From Octopus sinensis (lineage: Eukaryota): 64,000 bases of DNA. The position numbers and the translations under genes are program-made. The notes below the pieces were generated by a model that saw nothing but the letters and a program-made list of their open reading frames with translations, was not told the origin of the DNA and did not search any database. How positions within the stretch are numbered: the first letter of the stretch is position 1; every line of letters starts with the position of its first letter. Positions 62,766 through 64,000 of this stretch are shown in pieces. The stretch is taken from positions 23,746,001 through 23,810,000 of the forward strand of contig NC_042998.1 of assembly GCF_006345805.1 (NCBI RefSeq). Reading direction: 5' to 3'.

Positions 62766-63646
62766 ATATGTATTCAATTTTTTCAGTGAATTCTTACATG
62801 TAATGAGGAAAATAAGGTTCATGTTTTATTTTTGGTCAAAGTTTACTGATACCTGTCATGCCGCCAGAAAAAAATGTCCATGAATATTTCCCTCTCAAAC
62901 AAATACAACTATTGATTGTGTAATGAAAGGAAAAAGATAAAGATTTGAAAATTGGAAGAAGAAAGAAAATGGCACTGAAGATAGTGACATGTTTGCTAAG
63001 AAAACAGTTTAAACTACTTTGATTTATTGAATGCAATTTCTTCTGCCACTAAAAATTTCTTATTATTTAAGATATCTAAACTATTTTATAAACATCTTCA
63101 GTCAGTAAAGCAGTTAATTCAGTTATTTGTAAGATATATATATATATATTATTTTCTAATTAAATATCTGTTGATATATGACAACTGTGAAATTATTAAT
63201 GAAAAATATTGTGAAAGCATTTCATATTGTGAATAAAAATAATTCACAGAAACTTATCAATCAGCTATTTTGCTAACATATTACATTAATATTTTGGATG
63301 AAATTATCAAAAAAAATTTCCTTTGACATTCATCATCTACTGCAAATATTACTGTTAAAAAGACATATATTCACAAATGAGAGTTTTTTTATGTGGTTAA
63401 TCAATATGCTAAAAATAGTAGCCAAATCACCATCAAATCAGTCAAAGTGGCACATTATAAATGGTAAAAACAGAATTGAGACTAAGAGCATTGTTTATGA
63501 AGATGTCATTTAAATAAATGTTAATATTCTACAGTGTATGTACTAAGATTGCAGAATATAAATAAAATATTAAAATAATCCATTTTAAAAAGGAGAAATA
63601 AGCTATATTAAATCTCTGAGCAAGATATCAATTTTAGTTAAACAAT

Positions 63647-63812
63647 GGGCGCAGGAGTGGCTGTGTGGTAAGTAACTTGCTAACCAACCACATGGTTCCG
63701 GGTTCAGTTCCACTGCGTGGCATCTTGGGCAAGTGTCTTCTGCTATAGCCCCGGGCCGACCAATGCCTTGTGAGTGGATTTGGTAGACGGAAACTGAAAG
63801 AAGCCTGTCATA

Positions 63813-63844
<32 letters not shown>
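63647..63844 (+). mobile_element. Family A SINE head ending in (TA)n
   Basis: gggcgcaggagtggctgtgtggtaag...gaaagaagcctgtc(at)n. Confidence 0.88.
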
Positions 63845-63849
<5 letters not shown>

Positions 63850-63997
63850 CTACAAAATTAGAGAATGGAGAAATATACTTAAATCAGTAAAACATCAACT
63901 ATCCGATGATGTATTAAAGTATGGATTGAGTATCATCGGATAGTTGATGTTTTACTGATTTAAGTATATTTCTCCATTCTCTAATTTTGTAGTATTA
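63845..63997. repeat. Perfect inverted repeat with 66-bp arms and a 21-bp spacer
   Basis: 63845-63910 is the exact reverse complement of 63932-63997. Confidence 0.95.
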
Positions 63998-64000
63998 ATT

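Overview
AT-rich, repeat-saturated animal genomic DNA. The repeat families resemble those I recall from octopus/cephalopod genomes, but this is inference and was not verified by search. No host protein-coding gene could be recognised: the long ORFs are either transposon-derived or read through micro/minisatellites. The window is a nested mosaic of several element types. There are at least five tRNA-headed or (GAT)n-tailed SINE-like families (labelled A-E here), 3' fragments of CR1-, RTE- and RLE-type (R4/Dong-like, Hero/NeSL-like) LINEs, and mariner/Tc1 relics. There are also piggyBac-type TTAA MITEs, Penelope-like remnants with degenerate minimal hammerhead motifs, long palindromes, and large compound microsatellites. 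The main element is a 3.56-kb 5'-truncated Tx1/L1-clade LINE (14876-18435, minus strand). It is inserted into a (GATA)n compound satellite with a 17-bp target-site duplication, and its five frameshifts all look like 1-nt deletions in homopolymer runs. Its 3' terminal ~45 nt, including a small stem-loop, are shared with a second diverged Tx1-like LINE end and with SINE family C. This suggests a microsatellite-targeting LINE with a stringently 3'-matched SINE partner. Also notable is a 57-unit 18-bp minisatellite built from the 3' terminal hairpin region of a CR1-like LINE.
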